DNA of 64,000 bases, from the NCBI GenBank assembly GCA_964016885.1, contig OZ024757.1:9672001-9736000 (forward strand), read 5' to 3'. Position 1 is the stretch's first letter. Every line of letters begins with the position of its first letter. The position numbers were made by a program, and so were the translations under genes. This DNA is from Eledone cirrhosa. Its lineage: Eukaryota. The notes beneath the pieces are model-generated. The model was not told the DNA's origin. It worked only from the letters and a program-made list of their open reading frames with translations, and did not search any database. Shown here piece after piece: positions 49,802 to 61,307 of this stretch.

Positions 49802-51283
49802 CAGCAGTATTCTTATAAATTGCTACAAAGGTAAAGGGGATGCTCTAGAGAGGAGCAATTAGAGGGGCATAAAGCTGATGGATCAGGTTATGAAAGTGGC
49901 AGAGAGAATATTAGCGCAGCTGATTAGAGAAAGGGTCAATTTAGATGAGATGCAGTTTGGTTTTGTGCTTCGGTAAAAGTACAACAGAAACCCTCTTCAT
50001 AGTGAGGCAACTACAAGAGAGGTTCTTAGAGAAGAATAAGTCACTATACATATCTTTTGTTGACCTAGAGAGGGCCTTTGATAGGGTACCCTGATCTGTC
50101 ATCTGGTGGTCCCTAAGGAAACTAGGTGTAGAGGAATGCCTTGTGAGGACAGTGCTAGCTATGTACAGGGGTGCTGTCAGTAAAGTGAGGGTAGGAATGG
50201 AGTTTAGTGAGGAATTCCAGATACAAGTAGGTGTACGTCAAGGTTCGGTCCTCAGCCCACTCTTGTTCGTTATAGGCCTAAAAGCCATAACAGAGGAGTT
50301 TAAGACTGGATGCCCATGGGAACTTCTCTATGCTGATGATCTGGTTCTTATAGCAGAATCAGTGAATCAGTAGAGGGGTTAGAGAATAAATTCTGGCTAT
50401 GGAAATAGCAGTTGGAATCAAGAGGCCTGAGAGTGAACATAGCTTAAACAAAAGTGTTGATGAGTAGAAAAGAGGACAAAACTCTGATTCCATCATGGAA
50501 ATGGCCATGTTCGATATGTGGGAAAGGAACTGGCATAAATTCCATAAAATGTACGCAATGTAGATGTTGGGTACACAAGAGATGTAGTGGGATAGCAGGC
50601 AAACCAACAGGTAGGGATAACTATGTATGCAGTAGATGTATAGGGAAAGTTGGCAGTAGTAATCGCAGTGATAAACACATTTTTCAAATACAGGTGGGTT
50701 CTAGAGATGTGGTTGATAGCTTCCGGTACCTAGGTGATCAGATTATCATGGGAGGGGTGTTCCGAGGCCATAGTATCTAGAATAAGGACGAGTTGGAAGA
50801 AGTTTAGGGAGCTGCTTTCTCTGTTGACAAAGAAGGGTTTGTCTCTGCATACGAAAGGATGGTTATATGATGCCGATGTGCGATGCTGCATGAGAGTAAG
50901 ACATGGGCAGCAACTGCAAATGATATGTGACGGCTGGAGAGAAGCAAGCATGCTCCATTGGATGTGCAATGTCAATGTGTGTGAACGACCAAGCATAGAC
51001 GAGTTGAGAAAGAAACTGGGTATTAGAGGGATAAGTTGTGGTGTGCAGGAGAGAAGACTGAGATGGTATGGACATGTGACCACTGGGTAAAGAAGTGCCA
51101 AATAATCCCAGAAGTAGGAAGACGCATAAGAGGTAGACCATGTAAAACATGGGCGGAGGTGGTGAGAGAAGACCTCAGATCGCTGAAACTCACCGAGGAG
51201 CTGACAAGTGGAGAGTTGCTGTGCTGAATAGGACCCGTCCCACCCTTGCAAGCAGGGAAAAGCAGACGTAAAATGATGATGAC
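49802..51283 (+). mobile_element. 5'-truncated decayed RTE LINE (subfamily B)
   Basis: GVRQGSVLSPLLF, YADD, WPCSICGKGTGINSIKCTQCRCWVHKRC; tail. Confidence 0.92.
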
Positions 51284-51444
51284 ATTGTATTAAAGTATTA
51301 AAGATAACATTGTTAGAACTCATCGCAGCCTTGAAGAGATGGTTTCAACAAGATTGGGTGATGAAAGTTATAGTTTTTGTAGTAGGATCTCTCATCACAT
51401 AAGGTTCCTTCAAAGATTCTTCTAGAGTTACAGAGTCATTTATA

Positions 51445-51745
51445 TATATGTGTGTGTTTTGAACAATGAAAGTAAAACTAGAGACAAAGATATGTTCTTA
51501 ATTAGTTAATTGTTTTACGATCATTTCAGAGGTTTGATTGATCATGGTAGATTGATATATTGACAAACAGGTAGTTGTTATGTCACTAACTATTTCTAGT
51601 TTCAAAATCCCTGATCAATCACACCGTATCAATATATTGATTTACCATGATCAATCAACCCTCTGAAACGATTGTAAAACAATGAACCATATCTCAGACT
51701 TTTGTTTTATTTTCAATGTTCAATACCCACAAACACACATATATA
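51445..51745. repeat. Old, diverged fold-back element with a hammerhead-like 3' half
   Basis: attgttttacgatcatttcagaggtttgattgatcatggta / taccatgatcaatcaaccctctgaaacgattgtaaaacaat. Confidence 0.75.
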
Positions 51746-51774
51746 ATTGACAATTTCTTTGGAATAATAGATAA

Positions 51775-53360
51775 GACTTGTGGCTGGAACAAAGTACCAG
51801 CCAGACAGAGGGTGACCTAGTGGTGAAACAGCACAGTAGATAGAGCTATTAACCCTGTAGCATTTACATTACTCTATATTTACTATTATATTTTCATGGT
51901 AAAGTCTTTATCTCACATAATATTGAATCTATGAGACTTTGATATTACTTATTTTGAGGACAATACATTAACATCAATATGAGCAGCGAGTTACAGCTGG
52001 TTTGAACAGAAAGAAGTGAGAGAATTCTGGCTGGATATGGCCAGTTTAAATGCTAAAGGGTTAAAGACAAGTGACAGGCATGGAAAGACTGGAAAAATAG
52101 GGGCGTCAGACCAGGACCAGGTAGCTAAGAGAGAAGCTAGAAGACAGGTATACATAACACAGAGAGAGGCTGAAAAAAGAAAGTTTGCCAATGTCTTGAG
52201 ACATGAGAATCAGAGGTGTGAAGTGTTCCACATTGCAAGACAGGGAAAGGTGTGTTAGAAATGACATTGGTACACTTAGCACCACAGAAAGAGGCCTGGA
52301 AATGTTACTATGAGAGATTGATGAATGTAGAGAATAAATTAAGAAGCAATCTTAGACTTTTGTTTTATGTTCATTGTTCAACACACATACAATTGACATC
52401 CTCTTTGGAATTACTGATGAAACTTGTTAGTGACACAACTACAAGAGAGGTTCCTAGCCAAGATTAAGCTGCAATATTTAGCTTTTATAGATCTAGAAAA
52501 GGCCTTTGACAGAGTACCTTACTCTATTATCTGGTGGTCCTTCAGAAAATTAGGTGGAGAATGGCTTTTGAGAGCAGTGAAAGCCATGTACAGAGGAGCT
52601 GTCAGTAAAGCGAGAGTAGGAAGGGAGTTTAGGGAAGAATTCAATGTACAGGTAGGTGTTCATCATGGTTCAGTTCACAACCCACTGCTGTTCATCATAG
52701 TTCTCCAGGCCATAACCAATGGGTTTAAGACTGGCTGTTCACGGGAAACAGTCTATGTGAATGATATGGTCCTTATAGCTGAATCCATAAAAGAACTAGA
52801 GAATAAGTGACCCTACTGCATATGTAGGAAAGAAGTAGGCATAAACTGTACACAATGATAGCTTCCGGTATCTAGGTAACCTAATTCGGAGCAGAGGAGG
52901 GTGCCTCGTAAGAGAGGATAGGATTGAAGTTTAGAGAGCTACTTCCACTGTTGGCAAATAAAGTTTCTCCCTACGTACAAAAATCTTGGCTGTACAATGC
53001 TTGTGTGTAAAGTGCAATATTGCATGGAAGTGAAATATGGGCAGTAACTGCAGAAGACATGCATAAGCTGGAGAGAAATGGAGCAACCATGCTTCATTGG
53101 GTGTGCAATGTAAATGTGAGAGGAAGGCAGAGCTTGGATAAAATGAGGAAGTAATTGGTAATCACTGGTCAAAGAAGTGCCACGGAAAACCAGAGAAGGG
53201 AAGCCATACTAGAGGGAGACGAGGGTAGATGTGGTGAGAGCTGATCTCAAATTGCTGAGACTCACAGATGACGAAGGAACAAGCGAGTGGGGAGATGTGC
53301 TTAAAAGGACCCATCCAACCCATGCCAGGATTGAAAAACGGACGTAAAACTATGACGATG
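51775..53360 (+). mobile_element. Old, internally deleted RTE LINE with an unrelated insert (~51850-52063)
   Basis: KREARRQVY, AFIDLEKAFDRV, GVHHGSV fragments; tail ggacgtaaaactatgacgatg. Confidence 0.85.
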
Positions 53361-53471
53361 GTGTAGATGAAAGGTTCTCGATGGGGGGCGTTTCAGAACT
53401 CCAGTGGTGTGTTTGGGAGCAATGTCGCGTTAGGGGGGCGTTTGGAGCTGGGGGAGGGGGCTAGGGGGCGC

Positions 53472-53628
53472 TGGGTTTTTCCATTTTTAGGATCTCAATT
53501 ACCGGACATGCCTGCACACCTGCGGTCAGACTATAGTTATGTTGTCTGCAGATGTGAGCAGCTGTGCAGGCATGTCCGGTAATTGAGACGTTAACCGGTA
53601 ATTGAGATACTAAAAATGGAAAAACCCA
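53472..53628. repeat. MITE-like hairpin nested in the hAT element
   Basis: tgggtttttccatttttag...attaccggacatgcctgcaca / tgtgcaggcatgtccggtaat...ctaaaaatggaaaaaccca. Confidence 0.8.
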
Positions 53629-53794
53629 CAGTCACCTGGGTCAAAGACACTTTGAGCGCAGACAGTTAGAATCTTGTCTGAAATTATTGACTCAACCGTA
53701 ACGAGTTAACACTATGTAGATCTATTTTATTCCCTATTGTATAAATAATATTACAAATAGAAAAAAGAAAAGAAAAAAACAGAAGCGAGTAGAA

Positions 53795-54199
53795 CACACA
53801 TCTAGGACCACATACAACACATAATCAGATAATACGCACATCTAGGACCACATACAACACATAATCAGATAATACACACATCTAGGACCACATACAACAC
53901 ATAATCAGATAATACACACATCTAGCACCACATACAACACATAATCAGATAATACACACATCTAGGACCACATACAACACATCATCAGATAATACACACA
54001 TCTAGGACCACATACAACACATAATCAGATAATACACACATCTAGGACCACATACAACACATAATCAGATAATACACACATCTAGCACCACATACAACAC
54101 ATAATCAGATAATACACACATCTAGGACCACATACAACACATAATCAGATAATGCACACATCTAGGACCACATACAACACATAATCAGATAATACACAC
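53795..54199. repeat. 40-bp minisatellite (~10 units)
   Basis: tctaggaccacatacaacacataatcagataatacacaca. Confidence 0.95.
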
Positions 54200-54427
54200 G
54201 TGTTTGGAATATTGTTAATCAATTTTTTAGTAAACTACTGATATAAAAATCAGTAGTATATTGAAAAAGTGAAAAAATACGGTGGCGGAGGGGGGGGGGG
54301 GGGCGTTTCACGAATTCGAGGGACAAAAAGGGGGCGTTTGGCCTAAATGGGTTGAGAACCTGTGGTGTAGATGAAGTAAATTAAATCAAGATAGATTTAG
54401 ACTAAAACGAACAAAACTTCCCTGAAA

Positions 54428-54750
54428 CAACAACAAGGTACAGCTAAATATAAACTATATTTTATAATGTAAGGTAGTGAACCACATAATTAAATAGACG
54501 GAGGTAATTTAAATAATAAATATATCTTTAATTTACTTAAAGCAATAACAAGGTATAGCTAAATATAAACTATATTTAATAATGTAAGGTAGTGAACCAC
54601 ATAATTAAATAGACGGAGGTAATTTAAATAATAAATATATCTTTAATTTACTTAAAGCAATAACAAGGTACAGCTAAATATAAACTATATTTTATAATGT
54701 AAGGTAGTGAACAAGATAATTAAATAGACAGAGGTAATTAAATAATAAAG
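54428..54750. repeat. 115-bp tandem repeat (~2.8 units)
   Basis: caaggta at 54434, 54549 and 54664. Confidence 0.92.
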
Positions 54751-54886
54751 ACAGTCATGATAACAATATATTTTATATCACATGTAACAGTGGAATCTGG
54801 TTAATTACTGGATCGTTTTACGGTTCACATAATTATATTATTTACACACATTAATATAGACATTAAGTAAATCTTTGTCAACTTAC

Positions 54887-55440
54887 CTCCTTCACATATA
54901 ATCAATGTGTTGTGTTGTTAGTTGTTACTAAACAACCAAAGAAATAATCTCTTTGTTATCAAATTAGAAGTTTCAATGTTATCAGCTTTATTTCACGACA
55001 TTAACGTTGGTGTATCTTCTTCATATTTAGTCATAAATTGATATCTTGTCAGAATGAAGTAGTGAGGCTGACTTTATGTCTTTAGCTACAGATTTGATAG
55101 GAAATATATATATATTAGGTTGATATGTGGTCTAAAATATATATATTGTCTATAAATGACTGATAGCAGATGTTCTGGTGAAATAGTAGTTTTACTACTA
55201 CAGATTGTAATGGAACTCTTAGTAGACACAATTGTAAAGTAAGAATAGATATGACAGTGTAAGGCTGATGTCGGGGAATTAAAATTGTGTGTGTGTATAT
55301 ATATATATAATTGTTACACAAGATATAATTAGATTAAGACAGCAGGTACTTGATGTCGTTGGAAATGAATTAACTCCCTTACCGGTGTCATTAGTTGAAA
55401 GTCCCTGATATAATTTAATACATCCAGACAGTTCCAATCG
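54887..55440 (-). other. Candidate non-coding 5' exons of the ZNF gene (~55383-55440 and ~54887-55085)
   Basis: Donor-like ccg|gtaagg (55382) and ag|gtaagt (54886); acceptor-like tctgtag| (55086); homology to the region upstream of the ZNF pseudogene (23610-23670). Inference only. Confidence 0.35.
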
Positions 55441-55834
55441 TATTTAATCGATAGTAAATGAAAAGGTATCACTCAGTAAAATATCAATTATATATCTACG
55501 TAGTATCTGTAACTGCTAGAAATAGCAGTGAAATTATCCATTATAGACTTTTCTTTATTTAAACTCTTACGTTTAGTAAATGTTTGTGTTGAGAATGTGT
55601 GTATTTGTGTATTGTATCACGGAAGTCACCATTGAAGATGTTAAAAGCAATGTTGTGGAAAATAGCATCGTGCGACTTTGTAATTGTTTATATATAATTT
55701 ATTTACAGATTACAAAGGTTAGAAGAATGTCTCTTCAGAGGATAGTTAATGTTATCGATAAAAAGGTTATAAAGATTTAAAGACGTACGGTCAACTGGCT
55801 GAGGCGTTAGCCAGACCTGTAGTGATATCTGTTG

Positions 55835-56000
55835 CTACATATTGTCTATGCTTGAGGAACGAAAGCAAGAGATGTTTACCTTCACAGTGTCGAGCTGCAA
55901 GAGAGAGAGTTTCGAATCTCCGCGGGAATTTTTCCTTCTGAGCTGGGTTGAGATACATTTTCCTACGCTGGTAGCAATTGGTTGAACTGATCCAAACAAC
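55835..56000 (-). mobile_element. Possible old Penelope-like ORF remnant
   Basis: ATSVGK...DSKL...TVKVNISC resembles the Penelope-type post-RT motif TNIGK.F...H.L...N.NTVKVSYSC (recognised from memory). Confidence 0.35.
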
Positions 56001-56126
56001 GCACAGAGAATGTATCCATGAGCCCTCTGAATGAAGGTCACTACAATACCCTCTATTTAGTCTGCAAGACGATATATATGATTGAATCAGCAGGAAAAAG
56101 GCTTAAAGAGAGGACATCAATGAATA

Positions 56127-58655
56127 TCATCATCATCATCGTTTAACGTCCATATTCCACGCTTGCATGGGTTTGGACGGGAGTTTTCCCACTTGAGGCA
56201 AGAGTGTTTGTCTTGTTCGCATAGGACTGTCTGGCGGATTTTCTACGGCTGGATGCCCTTCCTAACACCAACCACATTTACAGTGTAGAACTGGCAGGTT
56301 TTTACCGTGTTACCTACACGGCCACATTACAGCATGGACTGTGTTTTTTGTCGTGAGACCTACACGACCTCATTTGTTTCGGCCTGGATGTTGTGGTACC
56401 AACATAACTTTACATGGAAAGAGGTGAAGTGGATAGGGTGTGGGTATATTTTGTTAGAGGTGTCTACTGACTGTAGTAGGTTTTACTTTGTATTTAGGTA
56501 AGGCGGGTCTTCTCTATTACTGTGTAGCGCCAAAGATCTCGGTCCAGAGACATTGTCTTGGAGAGGTGTAAGTGTGTGAGGTCGGAATTTATCAAGTCGT
56601 CCCAGGTTTTTCTGGATCTGCCTACTCCGTGGCTACCGCCTATTTTTATTGCCCTGCACTTGTTTATACAGCTGTCGTCTTTCATGCGCATCACGTGACC
56701 ATACCAACGTAGTCTTCTCTCGAGTAAACAACATCTGATCCCTCTTATTCCTAATTTCTCCCTTAGTTTGTTTATGCTTTGCCGTTCACGTATATTACTA
56801 TTACACATTCAGCGGAGCATGCAAGCTTCGTTCCTCTCTAGTCTGCGTATATCCTCTGCACACAATGCCCAGGTCTCACGGCCATGCAACATATATGTTC
56901 GTATGCAGGCATCATACAGCCTACCTTTCATTTTTAAGGAGAACCCTTTAGCGGCTAATAGTGGTATAAGCTCTCTGAACTTTTTCCATCCAGTTCTGAC
57001 TCTAGCTACTGTACTTTCAGAGCACCCTCCCCTACTGCTGATTTTGTCACCCAGGTAACGGAAGCTGTCCACTATTTCTATAGAACCATCTGTGCAATCG
57101 AATGAGCTAGTATTCCGTGGGCACTTGCTGCTACTTATTGCACCAGAGCACCGGCCACATATAAAAGCAATGTTCTTAGTTAGCTTACTTGTGAACCCCC
57201 TACATCTTTTATGCACCCATACTTTGCATTTGGGACATAAAATGGAGTTTCTAGCTACTCCTTTCCTACACACTGAGCATGGCCATTTCCCGGATAGGAC
57301 CGGCGCCCTATTTTCCTTCCTACAAACTAGAACTTTAGTCTTAGACAGGTTAATTTTAAGGCCTTTTGATTCTAGGCCATGCTTCCATGTTTGGAATTTC
57401 TTCTCTAGTTCGGCCATTGATTCAGCTATGAGCGTTAGATCATCTGCGTATAGGAGTTCCCATGGGCAGCCGGTCTTGAACTCCACTGTTATAGCCTGAA
57501 GGGCAATAATAAATAGTAGGGGGATAATAACGGAGCCCTGATGAACACCAACTTTTACGCTAAACTCTTCACTATATTCGTTGTTAATTCTAACCTTGCT
57601 GACTGTTTCTTTATACATGGCTTGTATAGCTCTCACAAGCCATTCATCAACACCTAGTTTTCTAAGAGCCCACCAGATAATGGAACGGGGGACTCTGTCG
57701 AAGGCTTTCTCCAAGTCGACAAAACCTAAGTATAGGGGTTTACTTTTAGCTAGGTACTTCTCCTGTAGTTGTCGTACAATGAAAAGAGCGTCTGTGGTAC
57801 TTTTGCCAGACACAAACCCGAACTGCATTTCATCTAGATCAATTCTCTCTCTGATTAGTTGCACTATTACTTTTTCTGTGACCTTCATGACCTGGTCGAT
57901 TAATTTAATGCCTCTATTGTTACTCCTATCTAGGGCATCTCCTTTACCCTTATAACAGTTAATGATGATGCTGCTACGCCAGTCCTTCGGAACAACCCCA
58001 TTCTGTATGACTTGGTATAATATCCGTGTGACCATGGTGTGTCCCACCGTTCCAAGGCTTTCAGCATTTCAGCAACTATTTCCGAAAGCCCAGCCGCCTT
58101 ACCCGTCTTCATATCTTTGATTGCCTTACTTATTATACTACCTTCGACTAACACTGCTGTTCCCTCTATTGGGTCGATGTGGGGGAAACTGTCTTTCTCC
58201 CATTTATTATCCTCATTTAGTAGCCTTTCGTAGTGACACTTCCAAGCTACCTTCTTATCAGCATCAGTGATGGCAAGTACGCCATCATCATTAAGTACAC
58301 ACTTCTCCCCGAAAATATCACGGTTTTCCTTGACACATTGCCTAGCAATCCTGAACACCTCACGTTTTTGATCCTCGCGTTGTAGAACATCTTTGAACTT
58401 TCTTTCCTCTGCTTCCCTTCTTGCGAAGTACACATGTCTCCTAGCTTCCCTCCTGGCCACCAGATAGTGTTCTATACTTCTCCCATCCCGCCATGCTTTC
58501 CAAGCCTGCTTTTTGGCCTTAATTGACTCCTCCACCTTACTGTTCCACCACCATGTTACTCTCCTCCTGCCTATAGATCTGCTCCAGACACAGATTTCAT
58601 CTGCTGCCATCTGCAAGTTTGCTTTCAGGAATTCCCATTGTTCCTCTATATTGTA
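56127..58655 (-). mobile_element. 5'-truncated RTE LINE (subfamily A)
   Basis: ORFs 57930-58799 (part), 56809-58047 (YADD, PHD-like) and 56494-56808; (GAT)n tail. Confidence 0.95.
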
Positions 58656-58766
58656 CATATATATGTATATATATATATGAATATAGATGTATATATATAT
58701 ATGTATATATATATGTATGTATATATATGTATATATATATGTATGTATATATGATATATATATGTA

Positions 58767-59626
58767 CATGTGTGGACGATATTTGGTCGCAATTTTCAAC
58801 TGCTAATTTTATGCAAATTTTTTTTACTCCGATGTCACTCTTGTCCTCATAAAAACAGTGACTATATTTCCATTATTTATTTTCAGAATAATTGATTATG
58901 AATAATTTTGAACCTCCAAATTTGTGGCAGAGACACGGAGTTCTTCTTGGAATCTGCGCCGAGAGGACAAATAAGACCAGAAGTTAACTCCCAGAACAAC
59001 ATGTGGCTCGCTGTCTCATCCAAAGACGTGCCCAGAGTCATACATATAAAGTTTCCACCGACAACATTGGTCTTAGGTGTCGTCATGCCACCTGACTGCT
59101 TCCCTGAGGGTCTCAAGCTGAACACCGATGGCTACATTCGCGTTCTGAGCGAGGTAGTAAAGCCCTTGATGGACCAGGTAGCTGCAGGTAGGCCGTACGT
59201 GTGGCAGCAAGACTCAGCGCCCTGCCATACCAGCCGAATGATCCAAGCCTAGCTGACAGAGAACTTCGTTGACCTCACCTCCCCTGACATCTGGCCGCCC
59301 AGCTAGTCTGATTGCAATCCTCTCGACTTCTTTGTGTGGGGCGCAGTGAAACAAGACACCAACAGATCTAGCTGCAATACAAAAGACGATCTGAAGGCCA
59401 GGATCACAAGTGCCTTTAGGGGCCTAAGTCAGGGGACAGTGACGAAGGCCTGTAGCCGGTTTCGAGGCCGTCATCAAAGCCAATGGCAGGTTTATCAAGT
59501 GAGATTGAAAGAACAAGTCATGAAGACAAACTGACCAAAGTTTGATAAATAAATCTTAAAAAACAAAACTACTGTGTTATTCTTTCCTAGACAGTAATCT
59601 TGCGAATAATTATCGTCCGCACCCTG
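58767..59626 (+). mobile_element. Internally deleted Tc1/mariner element, DD37D (maT) type
   Basis: TA flanks; TIRs catgtgtggacgatatttggtcgcaa / ttgcgaataattatcgtccgcaccctg; WQQDSAPCH...WPPS*SDCNPLDFFVW with 37 residues between the two Asp. Confidence 0.85.
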
Positions 59627-59656
59627 TATGTATACATATATAATATATGATATATA

Positions 59657-59687
<31 letters not shown>

Positions 59688-61111
59688 AAAAGGGGATGAT
59701 CTGGAGAGGAGCAATTATAGGGGTATAAAACTGATGTATCGGGTTATGAAAGTGGCAGAAAGGATATTAACACAACTAATTAGAGAAAGGGTCAAACTAG
59801 ATGAGATGCAGTTTGGTTTTGTGCCTGGGAAGAGTACAACAGATGCCCTCTTCTTGGTGAGACAATTGCAAGAGAGGTTCTTAGAGAAGAATAAGTGACT
59901 ATCCGTAGCCTTTGTTGACCTAGAGAAAGCCTTTGATAGGGACTCCCAATCTGTCATCTGGTGGTCCCTAAGGAAACTAGGTGTTGAGGAATGGCTTGTG
60001 AGGACAGTGCAAACTATGTACAGAGGTGTTGTCAGTAAAGTCATGGTAGGAATGGAGTTTAGTGAGGAATTCCAGATATAAGTAGGAGTACATCAAGGTT
60101 CGGTCCTCAGCCTGTTCTCGTTCATTATAGTCCTCCAAGCCATAACAGAGGAGTTTAAGGCTGGATGTGCATGGGAACTTCTCTATGCTGACGATCTGGT
60201 TCTTATAGCAGAATCAGTAGAGGAGCTAGAGAATAAATTCTGGCTATGGAAACAGCAGTTGGAATCAAGAGAACTGAGGGTGAACCTAGCTAAGACAAAA
60301 GTGTTGATGAGTATAAAAGAGGACAAACTCTGATTCCGTCAGGGAAATGGCCATGTTCGATATACAGAAAAGAACTGGCATAAATTCTATAAAATGCACA
60401 CAATGCAGATCCTGGGTACACAAGAGATGTAGCAGGATAGCAGGCAAACTAACATGTATGCAGTAGATGTACAGGGAAATTAGACAGTAGAAGTCGCATT
60501 AATAGACACATTTTTCAAATGCAGGAAGGCGCTATAGAAGTGTTGGTTAGCTTCCGGTATGTAGGAGATCAGATTAGCATGGGATGAGGGTGTTCCGAGG
60601 CCATAGTGTCGAGAATAAGGACGGGTTGGAAGAAGTTTAGGGAGCTGCTTCCTCTGCTGACGAAGAAGGATTTCTCCCTGCGTACGAAAGGCCGGTTGTA
60701 TGATGCCTGTGTGAGGAGCGCGATGCTGCATGGTAGTGAGACATGGGCAGCAACTGCAGAGGATATGTGACAGCTGGAGAGAAATGAGGCTAGCATGCTC
60801 CGTTGGATGTGCAGTGTAAATGTGCGTGAACGACTCAGCATGAATGTGTTGAGAGAGAAACTGTGTCTGAGACGGATAGAATTTAGTGTACGGGAGAGGA
60901 GACTGAGGTGGTATGGATATGTGATACGCATGGAGGATGACCGATGGGTGAAGAAGTGCCAGGAAATGCCAGTTGAAGGAAGACGTGGTAGAGGTAGACC
61001 ACGAAAAACATGGGCGGAGGTGGTGAGAACAGACCTCAGATGATTGAAGCTCACGGTGGAGATGACAAAGGACCGTGACAAGAGGAGAGATGCTGTGCTG
61101 AATAAGACCCG
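59688..61111 (+). mobile_element. Decayed RTE LINE (subfamily B), RT to C-terminus
   Basis: Colinear with 39258-40695; many stops. Confidence 0.92.
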
Positions 61112-61226
61112 ATTCTGGCTTGATTTCTACAGCTGGATGCCCTTCCTAACACCAACCTTATTTACACTGAGAGCTGGGTACTTTTCTTCCGTGGTGCCTA
61201 CATGTCCACTTTATAGTATGGGTTGA
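61112..61226 (-). mobile_element. SINE/RTE tail fragment
   Basis: Near-identical to 40907-41022. Confidence 0.8.
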
Positions 61227-61307
61227 TATATATATAATATATATATATTATATATAATATATATATTTAACATATATATATATATATATAATATATATAT
61301 TTCATAT

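Larger units (their letters stand above)
53369..54364. mobile_element. Non-autonomous hAT (Charlie-like) DNA transposon with 8-bp TSD
   Basis: TSD gtgtagat at 53361-53368 and 54365-54372; ends gaaaggttctcga / ttgagaacctgtg; subterminal gggggcg repeats. Confidence 0.75.
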
